64,000 nt of DNA from Eledone cirrhosa (Eukaryota). The DNA lies in NCBI GenBank assembly GCA_964016885.1, contig OZ024741.1, positions 71,424,001 through 71,488,000 on the forward strand, in the 5' to 3' direction. The notes beneath the pieces were generated by a model. It was not told the DNA's origin. It did not search any database and saw only the letters and a list, made by a program, of their open reading frames with translations. The position numbers were made by a program, and so were the translations under genes. This document shows, one piece after another, positions 1-14,800 of the stretch (positions within the stretch are counted from its first letter, which is position 1; every line of letters begins with the position of its first letter).

Positions 1-657
1 TCATGAATTAACTTTCAGACCAGGTCAAACATGTAGCCTTACACTGGGCAATGGGTGAAGATTACCACTCAAAAAGAGGTGCAGCTTGTCTAAAGAGCTT
101 CCAGTTTTCATCAACCCAATTCCACTCCCAAGGTTCAGGCTGAGCTGGGGCTATGGTATAAAGACCACAGTTTCATGTAATAGAATTGAAACTGAAAGTC
201 TGTGATTGTGAAGCAAACTTCTTAATCCTACGGTCATAAAACTGCAACATGTATAATGTGACTGTAGTTAAGGAGTGTTTTGCAACCACTTGGTTTCAAG
301 TTCAGTTCCACTGCATGACAATTGGGACAAGTGTCTTTTACTATAGTCTTGAATTGTACAATTCCTTGTGGGTAAAATTTAGCAAACAGAAATTACAGAA
401 GCTTATTATATATGTGTGTATGTCTGTGTGTATATCCGTGTCCATGTTTACGTTTGTGTGTGTTAATAATATCCTGTAACTTAGTGGTTTGACAAAAAGA
501 GATCAATAAAATATGTAGCAGACTTGAAAGAGCTAAGTACTTGGGTTAATACGATCAACTAAATCTCTAAGGTAGTAACCCCAGCATGGTTGCAGCCTAA
601 TGACAAACGAGTAAAATAATAAAAGAACGATTTAGATAGAAGATTGTTTACAATCAC

Positions 658-774
658 CTCTCCCTCGCTGTGACAGCCATCCGAGCGCGGACCATATCTA
701 ATGGGTATGTAAAGGCAACTGCAGTCATACCAGCAAGAGCTCCAGCTAAAAATCTATTACCAGGAGTCAAATGT
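658..774 (-). CDS. SLC25A42: SLC25A42-like mitochondrial CoA carrier, coding exon 4 (gene continues past window start)
   Basis: TTTCAG acceptor (CAG at 777-775), GTGATT donor at 657. Translates (L)[38 protein letters not shown](R), with the carrier signature PxDxxR of repeat 2. Phase 2 in and out, matching the previous exon. Confidence 0.92.
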
Positions 775-827
775 CTGAAAAATACAAAGTACAATTTCAT
801 TACATATACAAATACATAAAGAGGACA

Positions 828-1045
828 GGGGTTTGGCAGAATTAGTAAAGCATCAGATAAAATGCCATTACGATATTTGTTGTGGCTCTTTACATTCAGA
901 GTTCAAATCTAGCTGAGGTTAACTTTGCTTTTTATCTTTCCTGGGCTGAAAAAATAAAGAGCTAGGCAAATACTGGGGTTGATTTAATCAACTTTGCACT
1001 TTGCCCAAATCTGTTAGCCTTGAACCTAACTAAATTAGAAATTGA
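828..1045 (+). mobile_element. tRNA-derived SINE (family A)
   Basis: A-box-like TGGCAGAATTAGT, B-box GAGTTCAAATC and core GAGGTTAACTTTGC...CTTTC, shared with many copies in the window. Confidence 0.65.
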
Positions 1046-3316
1046 TGTAAAGTTGATTGGCAGAATCATTAGAATGTGGATAAAATTTCTTGCAGTATTT
1101 GTTCTGACTCTTTGCATTCTAAGTCTAAATCCTGCCATGATCAACTTTACTTTTTGGGAAGGAAGGCAACAACACCAACAACAATGGACTGAGAAACATT
1201 GAAAATATCCATTCATCAGATATAGAAAATTAGATTTATAAAAGTCGAGCATGAAAATAAATTGATGAGGCATTCATTACACTAACTTTTAACTTTAGTA
1301 CAAGATCAACGTCATCATCGTTTAATGTCTATTTTCCATGCTTGCATGGGTTAGAAGGGACTTTGGGGCAGTATTTCTGCAGCCAGATACTTTTCTTGAT
1401 GCCAACTCATACTTTATAATTTTTAAAGTATGAGTTTGAACTAAGCTGAGAAACATTGTTGCAGAGTAACATAAACAAACATCACTGCTTGCTTTTGATA
1501 TGAAGATACATGTAGTAACTGACACATACACACACATTTATAATGGGCTTCCTAACAGTTTCCATCAACCAAATTCACTTAAAAAGCATTGATTGGTCAA
1601 AGGTTGTAGTAGAAGACAAATTGCACCGATTGTCATGCAGTTGGATTGAACCACATGATTTGTGGTTCCAAAGTGAACATCCTAACTACACAGTCATGCC
1701 TGTGTTTAATATAGTGTGTAAGAAATATATTTCATCTCTAGTTTTAATTTGTTATGAAAGTAGACAAATATGTTTTAACCTCTTTGTTACCATATTTGTA
1801 ATGAAAGATTTTCAAATAATTTTGAAAATAATGAAGAATTTGGAAGAATTTAGCAAGTTAACTTTTTAATCATTATGCTGGTATTTGGAAGATAAAGGTT
1901 TTTACATAAAATTATGATAGAAGATTTTTAGTTAAAAATATACACTTTAAAATAAACAGTTTTGTATCATAGAACAAGGGGCAGTTTTAGAAGGTTTGGT
2001 ATCAAATGGGTTAAGATATTGCCCATTTTACGAGTGCCTTGAATACAGTTATTGAAACAAAAAACATTTTTATTTGGTAGCCACCTGTTGTCAATAGTAC
2101 AGAGAACGTGCTGGTACACAGAAAAATGAGGTACACTCAGCCGTCAATAGTACACAAAAATACCAGGTACAAGCAACATCAGCTGTCAACTAGTTTTACT
2201 TTGTTTATTTTCTGTATATAAACATAACACAATGCCATATTATTTATGAAACTAGTCTTTAAATCTAAAATTTGTGTGTTCAAGGAAATAGCTGGGTTGA
2301 CAAACAACTTCTCTTTCAGATTAATCAATAGTCATAATATGCTGGGAGTAGGTTTCTCTATAAATTATTACTAAAAAAAATTTGAACACCACTTCATACA
2401 AAAGTTGAGTATTAAGATTATGCACAGTTGTAACTGACTAACATTTCTACTTGAGGTATCATATCTTAGAATTGCTTATAACACAACTATGACCTTTAGG
2501 AGCCCTTAGTACTGAAAAGATTATGGTAGCTGCATATATTGCATACCTCCCATATACTCATCATCATCATTCTTATATTAACTTTTCTATACTGGCATGA
2601 GTTGGAAGAGACTTTTTAAGGTAATGTTTTACAGCCAAATGCTCTTCCTGACACTAACCCTTTTAGTTGCTTCTTATGATAAACAGGGATGCAGTGTACC
2701 TATTCTAAACTAGATACACAATTATACTGTAATAGAAAAAAACTGTATAATCTCTCTTTATTTGAAGCCTGAAGCACATGCTTATTTTGTTTAATGGTTA
2801 ATTTAGGTTTGCTCAAGGTCTAGGTGGTAGTTTTAAGTATATTGTCAGATTAAGTTGACCACTTTACGGGCCTCCACCCAGTTTCCATCTCTCAAATTTC
2901 ACTCACAAGACTCTAGTTGACCTGGGGTTATGGTAGAAGACACATAGCCAAGGTACAATACAGTGAGATCAAACCCAATATTATGTAGTTGTGAAACAAA
3001 CATCTTAATCATACAGCCATAACAACTTATCCATTTAGTCACTAATTAATCCTAACAATTAACAACTTACTAAGCAGAGGTAAAATAGTCAATAAAATAG
3101 GATAGGATGCCAACTTGTTCTCAGAAAATTTGGAACTTATTCTCTATTTATTAGGTGAGCTGATATGTACAGGAATGACTGGCTGTAACACATGACAGCT
3201 GTAATGACTGGCTGTAACACAACCATACCTGTTAAATGAGAAACGTGAACAAGCATGGGAGAACAATACAGTTCCATGATATATATTACTTTAATGCTTG
3301 ATATAGTAAGAAAAGA

Positions 3317-3353
3317 GTCTTAACGTTTCAGATGTTAGTCCTTCATTGGAAGA
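3317..3353 (-). ncRNA. Degenerate Penelope-type minimal hammerhead remnant
   Basis: Minus strand reads TCTT-CCAATGA-A-GGAC TAAC ATCT-GAAA-CG-TT-AAGA. Stem I TCTT/AAGA and the AACGTT palindrome are present; the core is mutated. Confidence 0.45.
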
Positions 3354-3540
3354 TAAAGTGAGAGCGAGAAGAAGAAATAGAAAGATAGACAAGAGTAAGA
3401 AAAGAAAGAAAATAGAGAAAAAAATCATTTTCAGGAAGAATACACATGTCAGCCATTTTGGAAAACTAACTTATTAAAAGGGAACTTAAGACTTTAACCA
3501 TTCTACCACTGTGCCATACTGAAAGTGACAAATTACTTAC

Positions 3541-3727
3541 AGTTTCCTCTTGTCTCGATTAAGCAGCTGTTTGTACTGTTCATGGGCAGCATATTGCATG
3601 GAAGCATAAGGGATAATCCGAGCCATTGTAGCAGTGTTGCCACGCCACAAACTTAGGAAACCATCATGTTTAAAGCAGGAATAGAGGAAACGGACAGCTT
3701 CACGAGCTGAGAATCGCATGTTCTTAC
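3541..3727 (-). CDS. SLC25A42: SLC25A42-like coding exon 3
   Basis: Polypyrimidine tract plus CAG (3730-3728), donor GTAAGT at 3540. Translates (S)[61 protein letters not shown], recognisably similar to the SLC25A42 segment [20 protein letters not shown]. Confidence 0.93.
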
Positions 3728-3759
3728 CTGGTGAGGAATAGAAGAATTGAGCATTATTA

Positions 3760-4055
3760 CACCCACTTCAACACAAATACATATACATACACAAACAGTT
3801 AAATTGACAAGCACACATACACATTCCCACACACATACACACAGTTGAGCAGACAGATCCACATACAGAGTTGGACAGATTCACACACACACACAACATG
3901 CACAGACAGTTAAACTGCCATGTACACATACACACACACTCAGTTGAGCAGACATGCATACATACATACATAGTTGAAGACATACACACACAGAGTTGAA
4001 GAGCCATGCATGAACACACAAACAAACACAGCTGAACAGACATACACACACTCAC
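3760..4055. repeat. CA-rich minisatellite (ACACACACAGTTGAGCAG-like units)
   Basis: Repeated CAGTT(G/A)A cores separated by (CA)n. Confidence 0.75.
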
Positions 4056-4214
4056 AAAAAAACAGTGTTAGCTGTTGAGGAAGAGAACACTGTGTATGTC
4101 TTTCAATTTTTACTCCTAATGATACCTATCTACTAGACCTGGGGGTGGGGGAATTGAAGTGTTCTGTTGACCTCAGACCTTTTCAAAAGATAAAGCAAGG
4201 TAAAGTAGTTGCTA

Positions 4215-5522
4215 TTTTATATACTCGTATATAGGCAAAAAAAAAGTGGCCAAAAAAAACACATGGTAAAATGGGTGTGAGCTTATATACGAGGTCAATA
4301 TTTTGCCAATTTTTACCAACTTCAAATTCTATGTAAATAAGGTACTACTATATCAAGTTCACTATATAAAGTCTTGATAAATTTTTACAATTACACCTGT
4401 CTTACATTAAAGATGAAATTTGTCTTTTACCTATGGCTTTTTGTTGTGTTTTAAACAAATTTAGCCTTCAAAATCATCAGAAACTATTCATATTTTAGTT
4501 AACAGTGGTGTTGGGGCAGCCACGGAGTTCTAAGGTTTTGGAGGTGACTATTAAATCGGTTTTGCTTTGGAGGTGAAATCTGTTTTTCCTATTGTTTTTT
4601 ATAGGTTTTGAATGAATATGCTGTTCAAAATGTTTGGAAATTATTTGTGTTTTAGTTTAATGAGTTAGGGGGCATGCTGGCACGAGACATTATAAAAATG
4701 TATCTAAAGCTTTAATACTTGTATGATGTTAAATGGTTTCCAAGCTTTTTAAGACACACATTTCATTTGATGTGATATTAAATAAAAAATCTGTTGCATT
4801 CAGGAGATGGCACTGCTGTTGTCTGCTATAAAAAAAAATGCAAAGTACTCCCAGCATATAAATGGCTGGAAGTAAACAAAAATTTGAGAAGCTTGTTGAA
4901 ACTTTATAAAACAAATGAAATGATAAAAAATCCATATGTAATGGAGTTGTGAAACAAAAACTATTCTCTAAATGGTACTTAAAACATATTAAATATCAAA
5001 ATATTAAAACTTCATAATTATATTCTCCACATGAAGGCACATGGCTTCGTGATGAAGGCACATGGCTTAGTGGTTAGAGCATTGGGCTTGCAATCGAAAG
5101 GTTGTGAGTTCAATTCTCAGACTGGGTGATGTGTTGTTTCCTTGAGCAAGACACTTTATTTCACATTGCTCCAGTTTACTCAGCTGTAGAAATGAGATGA
5201 TAGGGACTGGGGTCCCTATCGTTCCACTGCAAAGTGGTCGTGTAGTTGTGAAAAAAAAAGCACCCAGCACTCACTGTAAATGAGGTTGGTGTTAGGAAGG
5301 GCATCCAGCTGTAGAAATCAAGCCAGAATCAGTTCCCGTCCCACCTTTGCAAGCAGGGAAAAGCAGATGTAAAATGAAATGATGATGACTCATTAAAATT
5401 TAAAAGCCGTGCCATCTAAACATGTGTTGATTAGCTGTTATGGATTATACACAGGGTTTAGATTGTTGCCCATTTCCCAGATTTAGAATAGGGAATCGGC
5501 TTATATACAACTATATACAGTA
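4215..5522. mobile_element. Degenerate Tc1/pogo-like non-autonomous DNA transposon with a nested SINE
   Basis: Left end TATACTCGTATATAGGC...GCTTATATACGAG and right end TCGGCTTATATACAACTATATACAGTA resemble inverted termini of the CCGTATATACTCG...TATAAG type. Confidence 0.45.
5052..5390 (+). mobile_element. tRNA-derived SINE (family B) with RTE-like tail
   Basis: A box TGGCTTAGTGG, B box GAGTTCAATTC, body CCTTGAGCAAGACACTT, 3' GGAAGGGCATCCAGC...(TGA)n. Near-identical inverted copies at ~31808, ~36142 and ~36880. Confidence 0.85.
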
Positions 5523-5709
5523 ATTAATCCATTGTTTTATGATCAATATGCAGACTAATCAATGGCAGTTACGCAACTCCAAGCCATCAACCCTGAAAAA
5601 ACACATCTAATCTACTGTCTATTCTCAGAAACAATGGAAATATTGAACTAGCAAAAATAAACAAGGAGGATAAGAAGAAGTAAAAATAAAGAATAATTTG
5701 AAGACATAC

Positions 5710-5818
5710 TTTGGAAATTAATTTTAGTCCTGTCGAGAGGAGCAATGACTGTTTTTGCCACTGCCCCTGCCAAGGCACCAGCAATCAGCGATGTAATTAT
5801 TTTGTTCTTGTTCGATAT
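5710..5818 (-). CDS. SLC25A42: SLC25A42-like coding exon 2
   Basis: TGTTTCAG acceptor (CAG at 5821-5819), GTATGT donor at 5709. Translates [36 protein letters not shown] with the first carrier motif APLDRTK. 109 nt, phase 0 in, phase 1 out. Confidence 0.93.
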
Positions 5819-5863
5819 CTGAAACAGTAAACATTGAAATTTATTTCATAGTTAACATACTCA

Positions 5864-8800
5864 TAACTACCACCACTGCCACTATCACAACTACCATTCT
5901 CACCACCATCACTACCACTATCACAGCTACCATTCTCACCACCACCACCATCACGACCACTATCACAGCTACCATTCTCACCACCACCATCACTGCCACT
6001 ATCACAACTACCATTCTCACCACCACCACCATCACTGCCACTATCACAACTACCATTCTCACCACCACCACCACCACCATCACCATCACTGCAACTATCA
6101 CAACTACCATTCTCACCACCATCATCACTGCCACTATCACAACTACCATTCTCATCATCACCACCACCACCACTGCCACTATCACAACTACCATTCTCAT
6201 CACCACCACCACCACCACTGCCACTATCACAACTACCATTCTCACCACCACCATCACTGCCACTATCACAACTACCATTCTCACCACCACCACTACCACC
6301 ACTGCCACTATCACAACTACCATTCTCACCACCACCATCACTGCAACTATCACAACTACAATTCTCACCACCACCACCATCATCACTGCCACTAACGCAA
6401 CTACCATTCTCACCACCACCACCACCACTGCCACTATCACAACTACCATTCTCACCACCATCACTGCCACTATCACAACTACCATTCTCACCACCATCAC
6501 TGCCACTATCACAAGTACCATTCTCACCACCACCACCATCATCACTGCCACTATCACAACTACCATTCTCACCACCACCACAACTACCATTCTCACCACC
6601 ATCACTGCCACTATCACAACTACCATTCTCACCACCACCACCACCACTGCCACTATCACAACTACCATTCTCAACCCCATCACTGCCACTATCACAACTA
6701 CCATTCTCACCACCACCACCACCACCACTGCCACTATCACAACTACCATTCTCACCACCATCACTGCCACTATCACAACTACCATTCTCACCACCACCAT
6801 CACCACCACCACTATCACAACTACCATTCTCACCACCATCACTGCCACTATCACAACTACCATTCTCACCACCACTGCCACTATCACAACTACCATTCTC
6901 ACCACCACCACCACCACTGCCACTATCACAACTACCATTCTCACCACCACCACCACCACCACTGCCACTATCACAACTACCCGTCTCACCACCACCACTG
7001 CCAATATCACAACTACCCGTCTCACAACCACCACCATCACTGCCACTATCACAACTACCATTCTCACCACCACCACAACTACTACCATTCTCACCACCAC
7101 CACCATCACTGCCACTATCACAACTACCATTCTCACCACCACCACCACCATCACTGCCACTATCACAACTACCATTCTCACCACCACCACCATCACTGCC
7201 ACTATCACAACTACCATTCTCACCACCACCACCACCACTGCCACTATCACAACTACCATTCTCACCACCACCACCATCACTGCAACTATCACAACTACCA
7301 TTCTTACCACCACCACCATCACTGACACTAACAACTACCATTCTCACCACCACCACCACCACTGCCACTATCACAACTACCATTCTCACCACCACCACCA
7401 CCATCACTGCCACTATCACAACTACCATTCTCACCACCACCACCACCACTATCACAAGTACCATTCTCACCACCACCACCATCACTGCCAATATCACAAC
7501 TACCATTCTCACCACCACCACCACCACTGCCACTATCACAACTACCATTCTCACCACCACCACCATCACTGCCACTATCACAACTACCATTCTTACCACC
7601 ACCACCACCACTGCCACTATCACAAGTACCATTCTCACCACCACCACCATCACTGCCACTATCACAACTACCACTCTCACAACCACCACCATCACTGCCA
7701 CTATCACAGCTACCATTCTCACCACCATCACTGCCACAACTACCATTCTCACCACCACCACCATCACTGCCACAACTACCATTCTCACCACCACCATCAT
7801 CACTGCCACTATCACAACTACCATTCACACCACCACCATCATCACTGCCACTATCACAACTACCATTCTCACCACCACCATCATCACTGCCACTATCACA
7901 ACTACCATTCTTACCACCACCATCACTGCCACTATCACAACTACCATTCTTACCACCACCATCACTGCCCCTATCACAACTACCATTCTCACCACCACCA
8001 CCATCACTGCCACTATCACAACTACCATTCTCACCACCACCACCACCACTGCCACTTTCACAACTACCAGTCTCACCACCACCACCACCACTGCCACTAT
8101 CACAACTACCATTCTCACCACCACCACCACTGCCACTATCACAATAACCATTCTCACCACCACCACCACCACTGCCACTATCACAACTACCATTCTCACC
8201 ACCGCCACCACTGCCACTATCACAACTACCATTCTCACCACCACCACCACCACTGCCACTATCACAACTACCATTCTCACCACCACCACCACCACTGCCA
8301 CTTTCACAACTACCATTCTCACCACCACCACCACCACTGCCACTATCACAACTACCAATCTCACCACCACCACCACCACTGCCAATATCACAACTACCCA
8401 TCTCACAACCACCACCATCACTGCCACTATCACAACTACCATTCTCACCACCACCACAACTACTACCATTCTCACCACCACCACCATCACTGCCACTATC
8501 ACAACTACCATTCTCACCACCACCACCATCACTACCACTATCACAGCTACCATTCTCACCACCACCACCATCACTGCCACTATCACAACTAGCATTCTCA
8601 CCACCACCACCATCACTACCACTATCACAGCTACCATTCTCACCACCACCACCATCACTGCCACTATCACAACTGCCATTCTCACCACCACCACCATCAC
8701 TACCACTATCACAGCTACCATTCTCACCACCACCACCATCACTGCCACTATCACAACTACCATTCTCACCACCACCACAACTACTACCATTCTCACCACC

Positions 8801-11800
8801 ACCACCATCACTGCCACTATCACAACTACCATTCTCACCACCACCACCATCACTACCACTATCACAGCTACCATTCTCACCACCACCACCATCACTGCCA
8901 CTATCACAACTACCATTCTCACCACCACCACTATCACAACAACCATTCTCACCACCACCACCATCACTGCCACTATCACAACTACCATTCTCACCACCAC
9001 CACCATCACTGCCACTATCACAACTACCATTCTCACCACCACCACCATCACTGCCACTATCACAACTACCATTCTCACCACCACCACCACCATAACTATC
9101 ACAACTACCATTCTCACCACCATCATCACTGCCACAACTACCATTCTCATCACCACGACCACTGCCACTATCACAACTACCATTCTCACCACCACCACCA
9201 CTGCCACTAACACAACTACCATTCTCACCACCACCATCACTGCAACTATCATAACTACCATTCTCACCACCATCACTGCCACAACTACTATTCTCACCAC
9301 CACCACCATCACTGACACTAACAACTACCATTCTCACCACCACCACCATCACTGCCACTATCACAACCACAAACATCACTGCCACAACTACCATTCTCAC
9401 CACCACCACCATCACTGCCACTATCACAACTACCATTCTCACAACCACAAACATCACTGCCACTATCACAACTACCATTCTCACCACCACCACCACTGCC
9501 ACAACTACCATTCTCACCACCACCACCACCATCACTGCCACTATCACAACTACCATTCTCACCACCACCACCACCATCACTGCTACTATCACAACTACCA
9601 TTCTCACCACCACCACCACCACTGCCACTATCACAACTACCATTCTCACCACCACCACCATCACTGCAACTATCACAACTACCATTCTCACCACCACCAC
9701 CATCACTGCCACTATCACAACTACCATTCTCACCACCACCACCATCACTGCCAATATCACAACTACCATTCTCACCACCACCACCATCACTGCCACTATC
9801 ACAACTACCATTCTCACCACCACCACCACCACTATCACAAGTACCATTCTCACCACCACCACCATCACTGCCACTATCACAACTACCATTCTCACCACCA
9901 CCACCACCACTGCCACTATCACAACTACCATTCTCACCACCACCACCATCACTGCCACTATCACAACTGCCATTCTTACCACCACCACCACCACTGCCAC
10001 TATCACAAGTACCATTCTCACCACCACCACCATCACTGCCACTATCACAACTACCACTCTCACAACCACCACCATCACTGCCACTATCACAGCTACCATT
10101 CTCACCACCATCACTGCCACAACTACCATTCTCACCACCACCACCATCACTGCCACAACTACCATTCTCACCACCACCATCATCACTGCCACTATCACAA
10201 CTACCATTCTCACCACCACCATCATCACTGCCACTATCACAACTACCATTCTTACCACCACCATCATCACTGCCACTATCACAACTACCATTCTTACCAC
10301 CACCATCACTGCCCCTATCACAACTACCATGCTCACCACCACCACCATCACTGCCACTATCACAACTACCATTCTCACCACCACCACCATCACTGCCACT
10401 ATCACAACTACCATTCTCACCACCACCACCATCACAGCCACTATCACAACTACCATTCTCACCACCACCACCATCACTGCCACTATCACAACTACCATTC
10501 TCACCACCATCACAACTATCATTCTCACCACCACCACTATCACAACTACCATTCTCACCACCACCACCACTGCCACTATCACAATAACCATTCTCACCAC
10601 CACCACCACCACTGCCACTATCACAACTACCATTCTCACCACCGCCACCACTGCCACTATCACAACTACCATTCTCACCACCACCACCACCACTGCCACT
10701 ATCACAACTACCATTCTCACCACCACCACCACCACTGCCACTTTCACAACTACCATTCTCACCACCACCACCACCAATGCCACTATCACAACTACCATTC
10801 TCACCACCACCACCACCACTGCCAATATCACAACTACCCATCTCACAACCACCACCATCACTGCCACTATCACAACTACCATTCTCACCACCACCACAAC
10901 TACTACCATTCTCACCACCACCACCATCACTGCCACTATCACAACTACCATTCTCACCACCACCACCATCACTACCACTATCACAGCTACCATTCTCACC
11001 ACCACCACCATCACTGCCACTATCACAACTACCATTCTCACCACCACCAACATCACTACCACTATCACAGCTACCATTCTCACCACCACCACCATCACTG
11101 CCACTATCACAACTACCATTCTCACCACCACCACAACTACTACCATTCTCACCACCACCACCATCACTGCCACTATCACAACTACCATTCTCACCACCAC
11201 CACCATCACTACCACTATCACAGCTACCATTCTCACCACCACCACTGCCACTATCACAACTACCATTCTCACCACCACCACCATCGCTACCACTATCACA
11301 ACAACCATTCTCACCACCACCACCATCACTGCCACTATCACAACTACCATTCTCACCACCACCACTGCCACTATCACAACTACCATTCTCACCACTACCA
11401 CCATCACTGCCACTATCACAACTACCATTCTCACCACCACCACAACTATCACAACTACCATTCTCACCACCATCATCACTGCCACAACTACCATTCTCAT
11501 CACCACCACCACTGCCACTATCACAACTACCATTCTCACCACCACCACCACCACCACTGCCACTATCACAACTACCATCTCACCACCACCATCACTGCAA
11601 CTATCATAACTACCATTCTCACCACCATCACTGCCACAACTACCATTCTCACCACCACCACCATCACTGACACTAACAACTACCATTCTCACCACCACCA
11701 CCATCACTGCCACAACTGCTACCATTCTCACCACCACCATCACTGCCACTATCACAACTACCATTCTCACCACCACCATCATCACTGCCACAACTACCAT

Positions 11801-14800
11801 TCTTACAACCACCACCATCACTGCCACTATCACAACTACCATTCTCACCACCACCATCACTGCCACTAACACAACTACCATTCTCACCACCATCACTGCC
11901 ACAACTTCCATTCTCACCACCACCACCACCACTGCCACTATCACAACTACCATTCTCACCACCACCATCACTGCCACTATCACAACTACCATTCTCACCA
12001 CCACCACCACCTTCACTGCCCCTATCACAACTACTCTTCTCACCACCACCACTGCCACTATCTCAACTACCATTCTCACCACCACCACCATCACTGCCAC
12101 TATCACAACTACCATTCTCACCACCACCACCAGCACTGCCACTATCACAACTACCATTCTCACCACCACCACCATCACAGCCACTATCACAACTACCATT
12201 CTCACCACCACCACCACCACTGCCACTATCACAACTACCATTCTCAACCCGATCACTGCCACTATCACAACTACCATTCTCACCACCACCACCACCACCA
12301 CTATCACAACTACCATTCTCACCACCATCACTGCCACTATCACAACTACCATTCTCACCACCACCACTATCACAACTACCATTCTCACCACCACTGCCAC
12401 TATCACAACTTCCATTATCACCACCACCACCACAACTACCATTCTCACCACCACCACCACCACCACTGCCACTATCACAACTACCATTCTCACCACCACC
12501 ACCACCACTGCCTCTATCACAACTACCCGTCTCACCACCACCACTGCCACTATCACAACTACCCGTCTCACAACCACCACCATCACTGCCACTATCACAA
12601 CTACCATTCTCACCACCACCACCATCACAACTACTACCATTCTCACCACCACCACCATCACTGCCACTATCACAACTACCATTCTCACCACCATCACTGC
12701 CACTATCACAACTACCATTCTCACAACCACAAACATCACTGCCACTATCACAACTACCATTCTCACCACCACCACCACCACTGCCACTATCACAACTACC
12801 ATTCTTACCACCACCACCATCACTGCCACTATCACAACTACCATTCTCACCACCACCACCACTGCCACAACTACCATTCTCACCACCATCACTGCCACTA
12901 TCACAACTACCATTCTCACCACCACCACTATCACAACTACCATTCTCACCACCATCACTGCCACAACTACCATTCTCACCACCACCACCATCACTGCCAC
13001 TATCACAACTACCATTCTCACCACCACCACCACCACTGCCACTATCACAACTACCATTCAAACCACCACCACCACAACTACCCGTCTCACCACCACCACT
13101 GCCACAACTACCCGTCTCACAACCACCACCATCACTGCCACTATCACAACTACCATTCTCACCACCACCACCATCACAGCCACTATCACAACTACTACCA
13201 TTCTCACCACCACCACCATCACTGCCACTATCACAACTACCATTCTCACCACCACCACCATCACTGCCACTATCACAACTACCATTCTCACCACCACCAC
13301 CATCACTGCCACTATCACAACTACCATTCTCACCACCACCACCATCACTGCCACTATCACAAGTACCATTCTCACCACCACCACCACCACTGCCACTATC
13401 ACAACTACCATTCTCACCACCGCCACTATCACAACTACCATTCTCACAACCACAAACATTACTGCCACTATCACACGTACCATTCTCACCACCACCATCA
13501 CTGCCACTATCACAACTACCATTCTCACCACCACCACCACCATCACTGCCACTATCACAACTACCATTCTCACCACCACCACCATCACTGCCACTATCAC
13601 AACTACCATTCTCACAACCACAAACATCACTGCCACTATCACAAGTACCATTCTCACCACCACCACCACCACCACTGCCACTATCACAACTACCATTCTT
13701 ACCACCACCACCATCACAACTACCATTCTCACCACCACCACCACCACTGCCACTATCACAACTACCATTCTCACCACCACCACCACCACCACTGCCACTA
13801 TCACAACGACCATTCTCACCACCACCACCATTACTGCCACTATCACAACTACCATTCTCACCACCACCACCATCACTGCCACAACTACCATTCTCACCAC
13901 CACCACTGCCACTATCGCAAGTACCATTCTCACCACCACCACTGCCACTATCACAACTACCATTCTCACCACCACCACTGCCGCTATCACAACTACCATT
14001 CTCACCACCACCACCACCACTGCCACTATCACAACTACCATTCTCACCATCGCCATCACTGCCACTATCACATCTACCATTCTTACCACCACCACCATCA
14101 CTGCCACTATCACAACTACCATTCTCACCACCATCACTGCCACTATCACAACTACCATTCTCACCACCACCACTCCCACAATAACCATTCTCACAACCAC
14201 CACCATCACTGCCACTATCACAACTACCATTCTCACCACCACCATCACCACTGCCGCAACTACCATTCTCACCACCACCGCCACTATCACAACTACCATT
14301 CTCACCACCACCACCATCATCACTCCCATTACCACCAGCACCATCACTGCCACTATCACAACTACCATTCTCACCACCACCACCATCATCACTCCCATTA
14401 CCACCACCACCACCATCACTGCCACTATCACAACTACCATTCTCACCACCACCACCACTGCCACTATCACAACTACCATTCTCACCACCACCACCACCAT
14501 CATCACTGCCACTATCACAACAACCATTCTCACCACCACCCCCATCATCACTGCCACTATCACAACTACCATTCTCACCACCATCACTGCCACAACTACC
14601 ATTCTCACCACCACCACCACCACTGCCACTATCACAACTACCATTCTCAACCCCATCACTGCCACTATCACAACTCCCATTCTCACCACCATCACTGCCA
14701 CTATCACAACTTCCATTATCACCACCACCACTACCACTGCCACTATCACAACTACCATTCTCACCACCACCACCACCACTGCCTCTATCACAACTACCCG

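Noticed and set aside
5054-5125. tRNA-like A and B boxes
   Set aside because: Head of a multi-copy SINE; no complete cloverleaf.
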